A DNA stretch of 64,000 nucleotides, taken from Laetmonice hystrix. Its lineage: Eukaryota. Location: the NCBI GenBank assembly GCA_965235115.1, contig OZ249438.1:22940001-23004000 (forward strand), read 5' to 3'. Positions within the stretch are counted from its first letter, which is position 1. Every line of letters starts with the position of its first letter. The position numbers and the translations under genes are program-made. This document shows positions 14,478-28,700 of this stretch, one piece after another. Below the pieces are notes generated by a model, which was given only the letters and a program-made list of their open reading frames with translations, was not told where the DNA came from and searched no databases.

Positions 14478-16686
14478 CGGTTTTTCAGTCGTTCTCCCGC
14501 CCCAGTCATTAACCACCATTAACGACGTCGTTATACTTCACCCCGGATCTAGCCTTCCCTTCCCAACATCCGAGCCGTAACTACATCTTCCTGCAAACGT
14601 GCCTGGGATCAGGTATAACCAATTTAGATCTCTTGGATTCCCGAAAGATGTTCGCGTGGCAGGAACAATGCCCATGTTATAATCACCGACTTCCAGCTTT
14701 GTCAGGATGCACCTTAGAAAGGTGATCACTTCCTCTTAGCGAACCCGATAGGCCCCGCGCTGCCACATGAAGGTAAGCCTCTAATTGGGTATTGTATCAA
14801 ATTAGTACGACAATTATTACCCACAGGCTAATCAATGGCGCGGGCTGGTTTGCAGTGATGCAGAAATGGGACTAATTATTTCCCCACCAAATGGATAGTG
14901 ACGGGAAAAATGATTGCTCTGGGGTCAACATAAGCACTGATAGGCGACCGTTAGTAGGCCTGTCATCGGTCTTTAACTATGCCTCCTGTGAGGAACAGAC
15001 TTTTGGACAAACCAACTACACGACACAAAGAATAGGCGGCACAATGCTTTCAGACAGGTAGGGCGATAATGCGTCCAATATTGTCTTATCATAACATTTC
15101 ATACCATATCATGTATTTCTCACAGAAGAGGGAGAGAGAGGCACTCAGTCATCCTGTGTCGGTAAGAAGGTACCGTAAGAATCCAAGCACTTCATTTCGT
15201 GTGGCGATTCCACATGCATGCCGAGACCCAGAGGGTCGGTCAATGAGTTCGTAAGGTCAGGGACTTCCAACGTTAGAACCGATCGTTTGGCTGAAGACCT
15301 GTCATGGCGGCGTCCTCCAGGGCAGAGTTCCTCCTGTAGTAACATACTGGAGGCCAGGACCTGAACAAGGAGATGGCTCCGTCCCCGGGCCTTACACGCG
15401 GGCTTACAGCACTTCTGGGAGGAAAAAGGTCAACCCCGGTTTCTCCCATGAGACACTCGAACATCTGGACCATGCCAATTCAACCGTAAGATAAAATTTC
15501 AAGAGTTTTATCGAACGGTAAATGGAATTCCTTGGGTAGTAGAAGCGTGGCATTATCTTGGCATTTCCAGTGGGCACGTGATTTGGGAATGGACGTTTGG
15601 AGTGGACGTCTCCATTATGGCTGCTCACTGACTACGACGTATTACTTCCGGTTGGCCGGTTAGCTGCTCCCCACTGGTCCCCACCGCGCGTATCTACAAC
15701 AACACGGTCCGCCTCCCGACCACTGACCATTGTCTGACCGCTGACCACGCCATTGTGTAACTTCTGGTGTCATTATCACCCGTGGAATCTCTCCTGTCCG
15801 ACCCATTGTCGCCATGGACGTCAGGCAGAACAGAAACAAGCTGATCGCTGATCGTGCCAAGTCCCCGCCCTGCTAAACAAGACAATGCCTTTCTCAAACC
15901 AAGCCCTCATCAAATGAACACTTCTTCTGATGGAGAGATAAGCTCTGAAAGTTTCTCTGACAGTTGACACATAAACTGGAGGAAGATTGTTGAAGCGAGC
16001 ATGAAAAAAGTAGGCTGGCGTGTAAGGTGTGCGTCAGGTGTTCAGGTACTTTAGGGCATGTCCCGCTGGCACAGACAATGCGGCAGTGCACGTCTCTGTT
16101 CGCGGTATGTCCTTTAATGAGGTATATCATCGGGGTTCGGTATATGATACGACAATACGACAACAACGGGTTCCCATCGACCCTGTGGTTGGATGTGAAT
16201 GGGCAGTAGGATGTGTTCCCTGGAGCAGCTTTCCAAACCACTGTCGTTTGACACCTTGTTTTTGTTGGTTCTGTCGGCCGGGGTCAGGCAAGGAGACGGG
16301 GTTAGACAAACTGCTATTGTAAGACGCCACAGCGAATGGCGTTCATCCCTCCACCTCAGTACACACCACTGTCCTGGCTTCATTCACCTGGGCTAAACGA
16401 CGGAGGGACAAGTATAGGGTGCATAACAGACGACTAGAACGTACGAAATAACACCGTCATGATCCTCATTGAACGCCATTATCTCAGCATGTCCGGCTAT
16501 GTTAACACTCGGGTCAGTCAAACGCGCAATACTTTATGATAAAGGAGTTTTCACACGGCGGCGGCGAGCAATGTACGGAAATATGTCCTACAATCCAGTA
16601 CGCAGTACTTCTTGTACGCACATGGGCTTAAATTGATTCGTGTTTTATTGTTTATTGTAGGGAGTCCTCTTCAAAAATTCCGTCTG

Positions 16687-17255
16687 GATGTGGATTCTCT
16701 TTGGTAAAATAAAAATCTTTGTGACCGTATGACATGCAGGGACGTTTAGAAATCAATCAAACGTGAATTGACACCAGCAAGGCTGTTCATTGGTCACACA
16801 GAACGGTCGTGATGTGGATTCTCTTTGGTAAAATAAAAATCTTTGTGACCGTATGACATGCAGGGACGTTTAGAAATCAATCAAACGTGAATTGACACCA
16901 GCAAGGCTGTTCATTGGTCACACAGAACGGTCGTGATGTGGATTCTCTTTTGTAAAATAAAAATCTTTGTGACCGTATGTCATTCAGGGACGTTTAGAAA
17001 TCAAACAAACGTGAATTGACACCAGCAAGGCTGTCCATTGGTCACACAGAACGGTCGTGATGTGGAGTCTCTTTGGTAAAATAAAAATCTTTGTGACCGT
17101 ATGTCATGCAGGGACGTTTAGAAATCAATCAAACGTGAATTGACACCAGCAAGGCTGTTCATTGGTCACACAGAACGGTCGTGATGTGGATTCTCTTTGG
17201 TAAAATAAAAATCTTTGTGACCGTATGTCATGCAGGGACGTTTAGAAATCAATCA
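16687..17255. repeat. Tandem repeat, 124-bp unit, about 4.5 copies
   Basis: gatgtggattctc starts at 16687, 16811, 16935, 17059 and 17183. Confidence 0.96.
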
Positions 17256-18368
17256 TAATCAATCACATTGAAGGGTCGTGGATTCATACTGAGCTATAGT
17301 AGACTTTATATAACATATAACGGTAAAAGAGAAGATCCCCTAAAAATCACATATAAAATGCATGCCCATGCACTATTTGTAGTATACATAGGCCAGTATA
17401 AGGAGCTACATCGGGTAGAATTCATTGCAAGTATATAGCTTGCATCATTTGCATGTGCACTCTAAGAAAAGGTCAGCATACTGAGAGGCCATATCATGCA
17501 TACGAAATGCAAATTATTGCAAATCGTCTCAAACTGGTGATAACGTTCAATCAGGTGTGAAGGCAATCGATGCCTCGCTGCGTCCAATTTCTTAAAGTAC
17601 CGGTTAGGACCACGACGTGAGAGCAACTTAATGGAATGTTGAGTAAAATGGAAAATGAACACAGAATCCATATTGAAATGAACACAGGTATTTCATGTCA
17701 TAGCCTGCTGCACCGTAGGAATTATTAACATCAATGCCCCCCTATACACACACAAAGTAACCCGGGCACAGAGAGGGTTGGATCCAGTTAATATCATGAC
17801 CATCATATCAGGCGCTCTCCCACGCGGGTTACCGTGGAAGCTCCTGTTAATTTGTACATGTCACCTGAATAACAATCGTTCAAATATTCAAGACAACACA
17901 TTCATTACCCACTCTCAAACGGCAGCAAAAGGAATGGCAAATGTGATGGTAGTATTGTCACGAGGCCCACCCGTGTGGTAACAGCACCGCCTTGGTCCCT
18001 GGGTAATCTACTGTGACAATATCAAGATCACAATTAACCGATCCTTTGGGAAGGCAAATGTTGCTTCTGTTCATGCATACAGATGCTAATTAAAAGTCAA
18101 TTTTGATAATTATTCATATAAATGTGGCATCCTTTTGCCATTCGCAGTATATTGTTTGGATTAATATTTAATATTTGATATTTGAAGGCAGTTATACGGA
18201 CTCGAACGTATTGCCATTATAGAATGACCTTTAGAAGTCGATACGCCAGTCCAAGCCAGGTGATGCGGACATATCAGGTTATGATAGTGTCATGTGTAAG
18301 ATGTAAAGAAGGTGACAGACAGTTTGACACATCATCTCCCCGTGTAAAGCTACTTGTGTTGCGTGGCT

Positions 18369-21118
18369 TTATCTCTATTCTATACATGCCTGAGTCCGCC
18401 GCTCTGTACATAACGTCTGTCTGTGTGGGGTGATCCCCACCATTCTGTTATCTCTGTTCTATACATGCCTGAGTTCTCCGCTGCTCTGTACATAACGTCT
18501 GTCTGTGTGGGGTGATCCCCACCATTCTGTTATCTCTATTCTATACATGCCTGAGTTCTCCGCTCTGTACATAACGTCTGTCTGTGTGGGGTGATCCCCA
18601 CCATTCTGTTATCTCTGTTCTATACATGCCTGAGTCCGCCGCTCTGTACATAACGTCTGTCTGTGTGGGGTGATCCCCACCATTCTGTTATCTCTATTCT
18701 ATACATGCCTGAGTCCGCTGCATGGTGTGTACATAACGTCTGTCTGTGTGGGGTGATCCCCACCATTCTGTTATCTCTGTTCTATACATGCCTGCTTTCT
18801 CCGCCGCTCTGTACATAACGTCTGTCTGTGTGGGTTGATCCCCACCATTCTGTTATCTCTGTTCTATACATGCCTGAGTCCGCCGCTCTGTACATAACGT
18901 CTGTCTGTGTGGGGTGATCCCCATCATTCTGTTATCTCTGTTCTATACATGCCTGAGTCCGCCGCTCTGTACATAACGTCTGTCTGTGTGGGGTGATCCC
19001 CACCATTCTGTTATCTCTGTTCTATACATGCCTGAGTCCGCCGCTCTGTACATAACGTCTGTCTGTGTCGGGTGATCCCCACCATTCTGTTATCTCTATT
19101 CTATACATGCCTGAGTCCGCTGCATGGTGTGTACATAACGTCTGTCTGTGTGGGGTGATCCCCACCATTCTGTTATCTCTGTTCTATACATGCCTGAGTT
19201 CTCCGCTGCTCTGTACATAACGTCTGTCTGTGTGGGGTAATCCCCATCATTCTGTTATCTCTGTTCTATACATGCCTGAGTCCGCCGCTCTGTACATAAC
19301 GTCTGTCTGTGTGGGGTGATCCCCACCATTCTGTTATCTCTGTTCTATACATGCCTGAGTTCTCCGCCGCTCTGTACATAACGTCTGTCTGTGTGGGGTG
19401 ATCCCCAACATTCTGTTATCTCTGTTCTATACATGCCTGAGTCCGCTGCATGTTCTGTACATAACGTCTGTCTGTGTGGGGTGATCCCCATCATTCTGTT
19501 ATCTCTGTTCTATACATGCCTGAGTCCGCTGCATGGTGTGTACATAACGTCTGTCTGTGTGGGGTGATCCCCACCATTCTGTTATCTCTATTCTATACAT
19601 GCCTGAGTCCGCTGCTCTGTACATAACGTCTGTCTGTGTGGGGTGATCCCCACCATTCTGTTATCTCTGTTCTATACATGCCTGAGTCCGCCACTCTGTA
19701 CATAACGTCTGTCTGTGTGGGGTGATCCCCACCATTCTGTTATCTCTGTTCTATACATGCCTGAGTTCTCCGCCGCTCTGTACATAACGTCTGTCTGTGT
19801 GGGGTGATCCCCACCATTCTGTTATCTCTGTTCTATACATGCCTGAGTCCGCCGCTCTGTACATAACGTCTGTCTGTGTGGGGTGATCCCCATCATTCTG
19901 TTATCTCTGTTCTATACATGCCTGAGTCCGCCGCTCTGTACATAACGTCTGTCTGTGTGGGGTGATCCCCACCATTCTGTTATCTCTGTTCTATACATGC
20001 CTGAGTCCGCCGCTCTGTACATAACGTCTGTCTGTGTCGGGTGATCCCCACCATTCTGTTATCTCTATTCTATACATGCCTGAGTCCGCTGCATGGTGTG
20101 TACATAACGTCTGTCTGTGTGGGGTGATCCCACCATTCTGTTATCTCTGTTCTATACATGCCTGAGTTCTCCGCTGCTCTGTACATAACGTCTGTCTGTG
20201 TGGGGTGATCCCCATCATTCTGTTATCTCTGTTCTATACATGCCTGAGTCCGCCGCTCTGTACATAACGTCTGTCTGTGTGGGGTGATCCCCACCATTCT
20301 GTTATCTCTGTTCTATACATGCCTGAGTTCTCCGCCGCTCTGTACATAACGTCTGTCTGTGTGGGGTGATCCCCACCATTCTGTTATCTCTGTTCTATAC
20401 ATGCCTGAGTCCGCTGCATGTTCTGTACATAACGTCTGTCTGTGTGGGGTGATCCCCATCATTCTGTTATCTCTGTTCTATACATGCCTGAGTCCGCTGC
20501 ATGGTGTGTACATAACGTCTGTCTGTGTGGGGTGATCCCCACCATTCTGTTATCTCTGTTCTATACATGCCTGAGTTCTCCGCCGCTCTGTACATAACGT
20601 CTGTCTGTGTGGGGTGATCCCCACCATTCTGTTATCTCTGTTCTATACATGCCTGAGTCCGCCGCTCTGTACATAACGTCTGTCTGTGTGGGGTGATCCC
20701 CATCATTCTGTTATCTCTGTTCTATACATGCCTGAGTCCGCTGCATGGTGTGTACATAACGTCTGTCTGTGTGGGGTGATCCCCATCATTCTGTTATCTC
20801 TGTTCTATACATGCCTGAGTCCGCCGCTCTGTACATAACGTCTGTCTGTGTGGGGTGATCCCCACCATTCTGTTATCTCTGTTCTATACATGCCTGAGTC
20901 CGCCGCTCTGTACATAACGTCTGTCTGTGTGGGGTGATCCCCATCATTCTGTTATCTCTGTTCTATACATGCCTGAGTCCGCTGCATGGTGTATACATAA
21001 CGTCTGTCTGTGTGGGGTGATCCCCATCATTCTGTTATCTCTGTTCTATACATGCCTGAGTCCGCCGCTCTGTACATAACGTCTGTCTGTGTGGGGTGAT
21101 CCCCACCATTCTGTTATC
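18369..21118. repeat. Minisatellite, about 79-bp unit, about 34 copies
   Basis: Unit ttatctctgttctatacatgcctgagtccgccgctctgtacataacgtctgtctgtgtggggtgatccccaccattctg, with recurring variants. Confidence 0.97.
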
Positions 21119-23703
21119 ATTCACGGGGGTTACCTCACGTTATACCACCTCCACCCGATCAGCGTGTGTTAGTGAAGACGTCATCGGTACAACAAACACT
21201 GTCCTAGCATTCAATCTGTTAGCAACATCGTAACTTGAAGAGATTTGGGCAGCATTGCGAACAGAAAATGAAGTATACACCTTACCAAAATCATACTGCA
21301 CTCAATCAGCCACTTTTACTTGATACTTGGTTCAGATTTAAAACTTGATCAACATGGTCACCTGTATTTTGAGGGGTTTTTTTTGCACGTACCTCGGTAG
21401 CTCTCCTATTTACTCAGCTATACTCTTTGTCCTACTTTGTACTATCTTAAACAATTTTGGCCTCTCCTGATCAGCGCTATTATTCGGCTGTACGACGGAT
21501 GAAAGGACGTTACACACAGCTGAATACGGGGAAAAGACAGAAATCGACGAGGTTGGTGAACACCACTATAGTTGGATGGCCTGAATGGTGAGGTTATTCA
21601 GCCCCTCAATACCATGGACCCAGCTTTCAACTGAGGACACGGTAGAGCAAAGAGAGGTCGCCTTCCATTCTGGGCGACCGGAAAACGGTTGTATTTTAAC
21701 CAGGCCTCGTGACCCCTGTCAATAATACCCAACGATATATTTCGAGACTGAAAATCATTCAAAGGATGAAAAAGCACATGTCGGTTGAGAAGAGGTGATG
21801 GGGAACTGTTGACTACAGACTTCAATGTTGTCTAGGACCTGTCTCGATCAGGGCCTTCGTGTCTCGCATGAGGGTATCAGGTCCTGGTTGCACAATGTGC
21901 CATGAGTGGCAAGTGCCCCTCGAACGCGCACTAATCCCAGCCGCTGAATGGGACTTGGCGAGCCCCCATGACGCTCAACGGCAGGGCATCTCAGTACCAG
22001 AGGGCGCTGATGAGGGCTCATTTTCAGTGCATTCACGTCGTCAATGGTGAGTTGCAAACAGGCGGGGACATGATAGCGGTATTAGTAAGGACAAGAGGGC
22101 AGGCATGAAGACGGCCCTGGGCCCTCCTGTCGGGATCCAACACCTCGCACACAATGGACCCATTTGACAGGACCTATGTCAAAAGGGCAGCCGACGACCT
22201 CGGCTTAATCATGATACTGGTACCGGCGGGTGGCGGCGGGCCCTGGCCAGCCCGTGGGAGCAATGTCGAGGGTCACACACGAGTATTACCATAGGCCTCT
22301 TGTATATGTCATCAGTAGTCATGTATACTGCATGGTTTCCTACGGATAACGCCTCATGATTGTCAATAATCTCACGTCGATATATTCGGCACAGATATCG
22401 GGGAAAGGTTGCCACTCGGCCATGACATTATTTTGGTTAGTACGGAACTTTTGTGGAGTTCTATTTTATTTGGTGAACTATATTAATTCTTCAGACATCA
22501 GTAACAGTTATGGCTAAATCAAGGTATAATATTGATTGATGTATGACATAATGAACCCATTGCATACAATGTAGCTGGGTTGTACGAGAAGGTGTGAAGT
22601 CTAGCTGTGTTAGCTTAACAAATATATTGAAAGGTGAATGACAAAAGAAAAGGTCATATTTAAAAGTATTTACCAAATACACAAACTATGAGGTAGATTT
22701 CCAGGTAATTAAGGTTGTGAGTAAAACGGCTTGCACATCCAGCACTATTGCCTGATCTTATAGTAATGGCGTTTGATTTAGTTCTCGTTTTCTTTGTTTA
22801 TAGGGCCAGCTTTGACAAAACATCAAAACTATATTCAAACGTTTCTTTCGTTTATACTGGGCAAGAAAGGTGTCGATTTCTAACAAACCCATTAAAAGAA
22901 GTGCATGTTCTCAGTGAAGAGCGGTTGTTGAAAAAATGTCTCTTAAGGGACTGAGTACAAAACCAGAAAGCACGCCCGGTACCCTTGTGATGTATAGGAG
23001 CAGGTATAACAAACGACTACAGCAGGAGCGGACCGACCATTACGACTTCAGACTGAGTGGTCACAAGGGACCGTTAAGTCATTGACATATTGACACCGAT
23101 ACTACCTTTATGGACTACAAGTATTCATTGACAGGTATCTTTGGTTTCATCATCCCTCCTTGGGCCCATTGCCTCGGGCTGTGTCAGACTATAGACCCAC
23201 TCAACAGTGGGCAGTGCTGCTTACGTAAGATATTAGTTCACCTTGCTGCATCCAAGGTCTCTGGAGCAGAGGTTAACCGTTAGACAAATGTACCGTGCAA
23301 AGTGCCTTAAATGAGCGCACTCAATTGACAGTAGGGGTTCATCCAAGTAGATTATCAGTATCCTGACTTGAATGGGAGCGGAGGCTTCAGATAATACTTG
23401 CCGACTTGTCTTTGGTAACCCCGTAAAAGATGATAAGCAGATACAAGTATATGTTCGTTATTTTAGAGGATTTTGTCGACACTCTCTTTTCTTCATCAAG
23501 ATATTAACAGATTTTAAAGGAATTTTCAAAATACACAAAAGTATCTTTACTGAATGTCGGTAAAATATGGATGACGGCGTTTAAAAAAGTTGGTCCCATT
23601 TGATGTCCCTATACCTGCTCCGATGTAGAAAGTGTGGAGAATGGCAAATGTTGTATACCACTGCGCGTTATGGACATGCGCTCTCTGCCCACTTCCGGTG
23701 AGA

Positions 23704-23846
23704 AACATTAATCAGCGTGACGGATCACAGTCCGGCGAGGAACATTAATCAGTGTGACGGATCACAGTCCGGCGAGGAACATTAATCAGTGTGACGGATC
23801 ACAGTCCGGTGAGGAACATTAATCAGTGTGACGGATCACAGTCCGA
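23704..23846. repeat. Tandem repeat, 37-bp unit, about 4 copies
   Basis: aacattaatcagtgtgacggatcacagtccggcgagg at 23704, 23741, 23778 and 23815. Confidence 0.93.
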
Positions 23847-24858
23847 CAGACAACTCCGATTGGTTCTCATTCCATTCGGTGCCCAAGGTATTAGAGAATG
23901 AAGAAGTACTAATTTGGTATAGGAGTTTAATGGGGCTAGGGAGGTGTCAGTCGGCGTTAGGCAGATGCCATGGCAGATACACTGATAATATTGCACGGAG
24001 TAGTGCGTTCTCGCACGCTCCCAGTCCCCTCTATCCGACAGCAATAGCCACATGAGAAATTTACACCAATTACAAAATAAAAATCAATTACAATAAGTAT
24101 CCAATTTCTCCTGTTTCTGTGTCGCTAGTAAACGCGAAGTGACAGTCGTGCCATCCATATTTTACCAATATGACATCAGAAGGTGATTACTGAAGGATCC
24201 CCCGCACCGATAATCACTTTTCCTGACTTGAATTTAATTTTTCTTAGCGAAACGTCTAAATCAGTTTAAAAGAAAATCACGTATGAGGTTTCAAATGTAG
24301 AAACACAAAATGCCAGCCTGAAGAATAGAGACACATCGGAGCGGATGTTAAGATGTATAAGTGGATTACGTCCAGCTAGGCGTGTAGCAAAATTTCTTTC
24401 CAACCCAACGTTGTTAGGATATTTTTCCACTTTTTATAGATTAACAAAATTTGAATAAATGAAATGACGGAGGAGACTGTTTGAGTAATGCATGAAGACG
24501 GTCTCTATGACGGGTTTACTGAATATTTATGATATCTGAACAGACTGAAGCATGGAAAGAACGGCTACAACATGTATAGTAGAGATATAGATCGGTAAAT
24601 AAAAGGACTGATGAATGCATGCGGTAGGATAACTCCAACCTTTCTATTTATCAAGGGTGAAAAGGTGAGGAAACGCCTTATAAAGCCACATCCTGTTTAC
24701 ATATCAAGACTGAAGAGGTGGGGCAGTCGAGTTGAACCCCCTTGTCAGATAGCAAGTAGAACTGGATGGCGGGAAGAAGACGGGGTTCTATATAATATTA
24801 TGTTTCTGGAATGAGAACACTTTGTTGATATAATACCCCAGAACCACGGAACATTCAC

Positions 24859-25719
24859 GCGTTTTGACTTCAGTGTAGGCCATGTTCGCCGCGTTTTAAC
24901 TTCAGTGTAGGCCATGTTCGCCGCGTTTTAACTTCAGTGTAGGCCATGTTCGCCGTGTTTTGACTTCAGTGTTAGGCCCTATCAATGTTCGCCGTGTTTT
25001 GACTTCAGTGTTAGGCCCTATCAATGTTCGCCGCGTTTTGACTTCAGTGTTAGGCCCTATCAATGTTCGCCCTGTTTTGACTTCAGTGTAGGCCCTATCA
25101 ATGTTCGCCCTGTTTTGACTTCAGTGTTAGGCTCTATCAATGTTCGCCCTGTTTTGACTTCAGTGTAGGCCCTATCAATGTTCGCCGTGTTTTGACTTCA
25201 GTGTAGGCTCTATCAATGTTCGCCCTGTTTTGCCTTCAGTGTAGGCCCTATCAATGTTCGCCCTGTTTTGACTTCAGTGTAGGCCCTATCAATGTTCGCC
25301 GTGTTTTGACTTCAGTGTTAGGCCCTATCAATGTTCGCCGTGTTTTGACTTCAGTGTAGGCCCTATCAATGTTCGCCGTGTTTTGACTTCAGTGTTAGGC
25401 CCTATCAATGTTCGCCGTGTTTTGACTTCAGTGTAGGTCCTATCAATGTTCGCCGTGTTTTGACTTCAGTGTAGGTCCTATCAATGTTCGCCGTGTTTTG
25501 ACTTCAGTGTAGGTCCTATCAATGTTCGCCGTGTTTTGACTTCAGTGTAGGCCCTATCAATGTTCGCCGTGTTTTGACTTCAGTGTAGGCCCTATCAATG
25601 TTCGCCGTGTTTTGACTTCAGTGTAGGCCCTATCAATGTTCGTCCTGTTTTGACTTCAGTGTAGGCCCTATCAATGTTCGCCGTGTTTTGACTTCAGTGT
25701 AGGCTCTATCAATGTTCGC
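24859..25719. repeat. Minisatellite, 38-39-bp unit (shorter units at the left edge), about 22 copies
   Basis: Unit tgttcgccgtgttttgacttcagtgtaggccctatcaa. Confidence 0.96.
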
Positions 25720-28700
25720 TACTCTCCCAGGTTGATGAAGCTGACATATATAGTTGTGTATGGTCTACCGCCTGAATCCACCCCCCCCCCCCCTCTATTT
25801 TTTCACACCATGTTTTCAAGCTCACATTATGGCCTAGATAAATGCCATGTGTTATAAGTTTGGTGAACCAGTTCTCGGCGTGGCGAGCCTGGTATTAAGC
25901 ACGTATCGGACCAAGTCGGATCCTTCCAAATAGCTGCCATGTGACGCCACTCGGACGGCACCACGTAATGTCCACGCTCGTTTTCCCATCCACAGTCGGA
26001 GATAATCATAGTGGTATTTGTCATGTACTAGCCGAGCATGCATCCGCCATATGATTTCGCGTTAACGCATAACGTGATATGTTCAGTATAAAAGGCCAAT
26101 GACGACCGTTCTAATGCGACTTAGTCCAGGTCATAGGATAGACTGACGTGGCCGATTGCTGTAATCGGCGGTGTAATATCGCTTCATACCCGTTCGAATT
26201 ATCACCGTTTAAAATAACGTGGCTGAATGATTGAACGCAGCCTGGCCATCAAGCCCTGTATTACCGAGGCTTACACTAGCCTTAAACAAGGCCAGCCGGA
26301 CAGGGGTTTTTTTTAGCTCCAGCTACATCATTATACGATATAGGACGATTTGAACAAAAGCTTTTATCAGGAATCTTACTACGTTTCCGTTTAGATATGA
26401 GGTTACGTATTCATGCTTGCAGGAAGAAAAATAATGCAACATTTCACAATGATATAAAACCGGCCCAGTGTATCCTTTTGTAACAGGGTATCCTATCTTG
26501 TCAACAAAAATCATTGCTAATTAAATAAAAAAAAACATTTTCATCATTAGGGAAAGCATGCTCTATAAATGTATATGTCATACATTTTATTTTACATAAG
26601 GCAACAGTTTCACAGAGGTATCTGATGCCAGTTGTAATACTCTATCTGACTTTACGCTGAAAAGTCTTGGATCACGAAAGACGGGAAAGAAAACAAAATG
26701 TTCACGTTATATTATTGTGTCAAAATACGCGTTCTTTTTAACGGAGCTGGGTGGAGGAAAAGGAGCTAGACAAGTAGTTAGGAGCACGAGTATTGTAACA
26801 TTATTCTGATGTGGTTACCCTCAATCGTTGATCGTTATCTGTAGCTCCATACACTGGGTAACCCATCTGGTATTCATCACACAGGTAAGCAAAAGTCTTA
26901 TTTTCCACTTTGCCAGGCTTTCAAAATGTCCTATCCACACACCGTGGGCCAGTTCAATATAACAAACAGAGCAAATCAGGCTCAGGCGCTCAACCTTATA
27001 TTCCATCGAGGACCCATGCACATAATGGTTTTCCACTGGACCTGGTTTGAATTCAAAACATTCGAAATACTCGATATAGCAAATTATGGGGGCGCATTTA
27101 TAAGGAGGTTGCAGTGATCTGGGTAGTCATTATTCCAACGGTTGACGCCTCGAGGGAAGTTCTCACCCTCACCCTCGGATGAAACATCCCGCTTTGTGCC
27201 ACCACCAACTATCTGACAATTTGGCTAAAATGTATTTCTTGCAAGAAAAACAGCGGGCTTTGTGTGATATTTCCCCGAGTGGATGGACAATGAGCGAAAG
27301 GCTTTGTCCGTTGCTGCGGGAGAAATGGAGCTTTGGAGGCTTGTTTTGAGCGGGGATCGTGGTCTAGCTTCACACCATCAACTATATCATATCACGTGGC
27401 GTCGCTGAGGTGAGATTAGGATGACCTTGTGAACACATGCACCTTTCATAGCTAAGCCATGATGGTATGGGGAGCTATGCCCCAGGCCTGGGGCAGGCTC
27501 GGCAGCAAGCGAGCCGTCTGCCGACGGGCAAAGATTAAACACACCTCCCTGTTCTAACCACCAGCAAGGCGAACCCCGACAGAAATTGGCCAACATTTTA
27601 CTGACTATACGGTTTTAAATGTCAGGCAGAACAACGACTGCGAGGCCTGGGTCCTTACAGCGCCTCGAATCATCTTCTCCTGTTATCAAGGTCTTTCAGG
27701 AAAGAAGCGATCTCTGTTTTGACAGAATTATATCTGAGATAGTTTTTGCGGCTGAGTATCCACAGAATAATAGAGCTGGATATTATGGTTAGGTGGAGGC
27801 GTGAGAAAATGCCGAGCCTAAAAACAAGTTCGTATATCAGTGCAGGTACCTCTGCTAGCTACTGGATGTCTCAAGGGATCAATGTATGCCGGCATGAGGT
27901 AGATTATTGTCTTTCGGCTTCAGGTCAAACTGCCCTGTATTATCTGTCGGTCCTCTCTGGCAGTGTATCTCATGGACTGCTCGTTTCGAGGTGTGTGGCC
28001 AGGCTGTGTACAATAAACAATGTTAATACATTTTTCCCCTCGATTGAAATGGTTTCCAAACAGGTGAAGAATGCAGTGGCCCTGGTCACCCGATCGGTGC
28101 CCCGCGGACATACTTAGCCGTCAAACTGAGGGCAATGTCTGAATTAACACTGTGAAAACAGCGCTGTGCTAGAGATACCAGAAATAATAACTAGACAAAC
28201 AACCTCCTCTGAAGACGCCAGCAGGTGAGAAAGCCAAGATGACAAAGATCACCAGGATCATCAGTTCCCACGGCCAAAAGGACAAAGGTGTAGTCATTAT
28301 TATCTATACAGCATACCATCTGGCCTCAGCAGTTGCGTGCTTTCAGACTGAAAGCTATAGGAAACTACAACTGGCAAGAAGTGAATAGTCAAGTCGACTC
28401 AGACCGAATGAAAGCGGGTGTCAGATGGAGCTACGTTTACTATGGCAGATAAAGTTTAGCCCAGCTTTGTTTGACTGCGGGTTTCATGTTCTTGAGCCAC
28501 TGTGCCGGAATTGAAATCGCTGATGTTTGGCGTCCAGTTTTACGTACGTACTGACTTGCAGTGTGTACATGATGTGGTCGCAGTCGATATACGATAGACA
28601 GCCAGTTTTACTGTATAGGTGTCAAACTCCAGTATCACTAGTGGCGTATCAATACTGTAACAGTGTCCTACATTTCTCATTATTATCACGTTTTCTGAAT

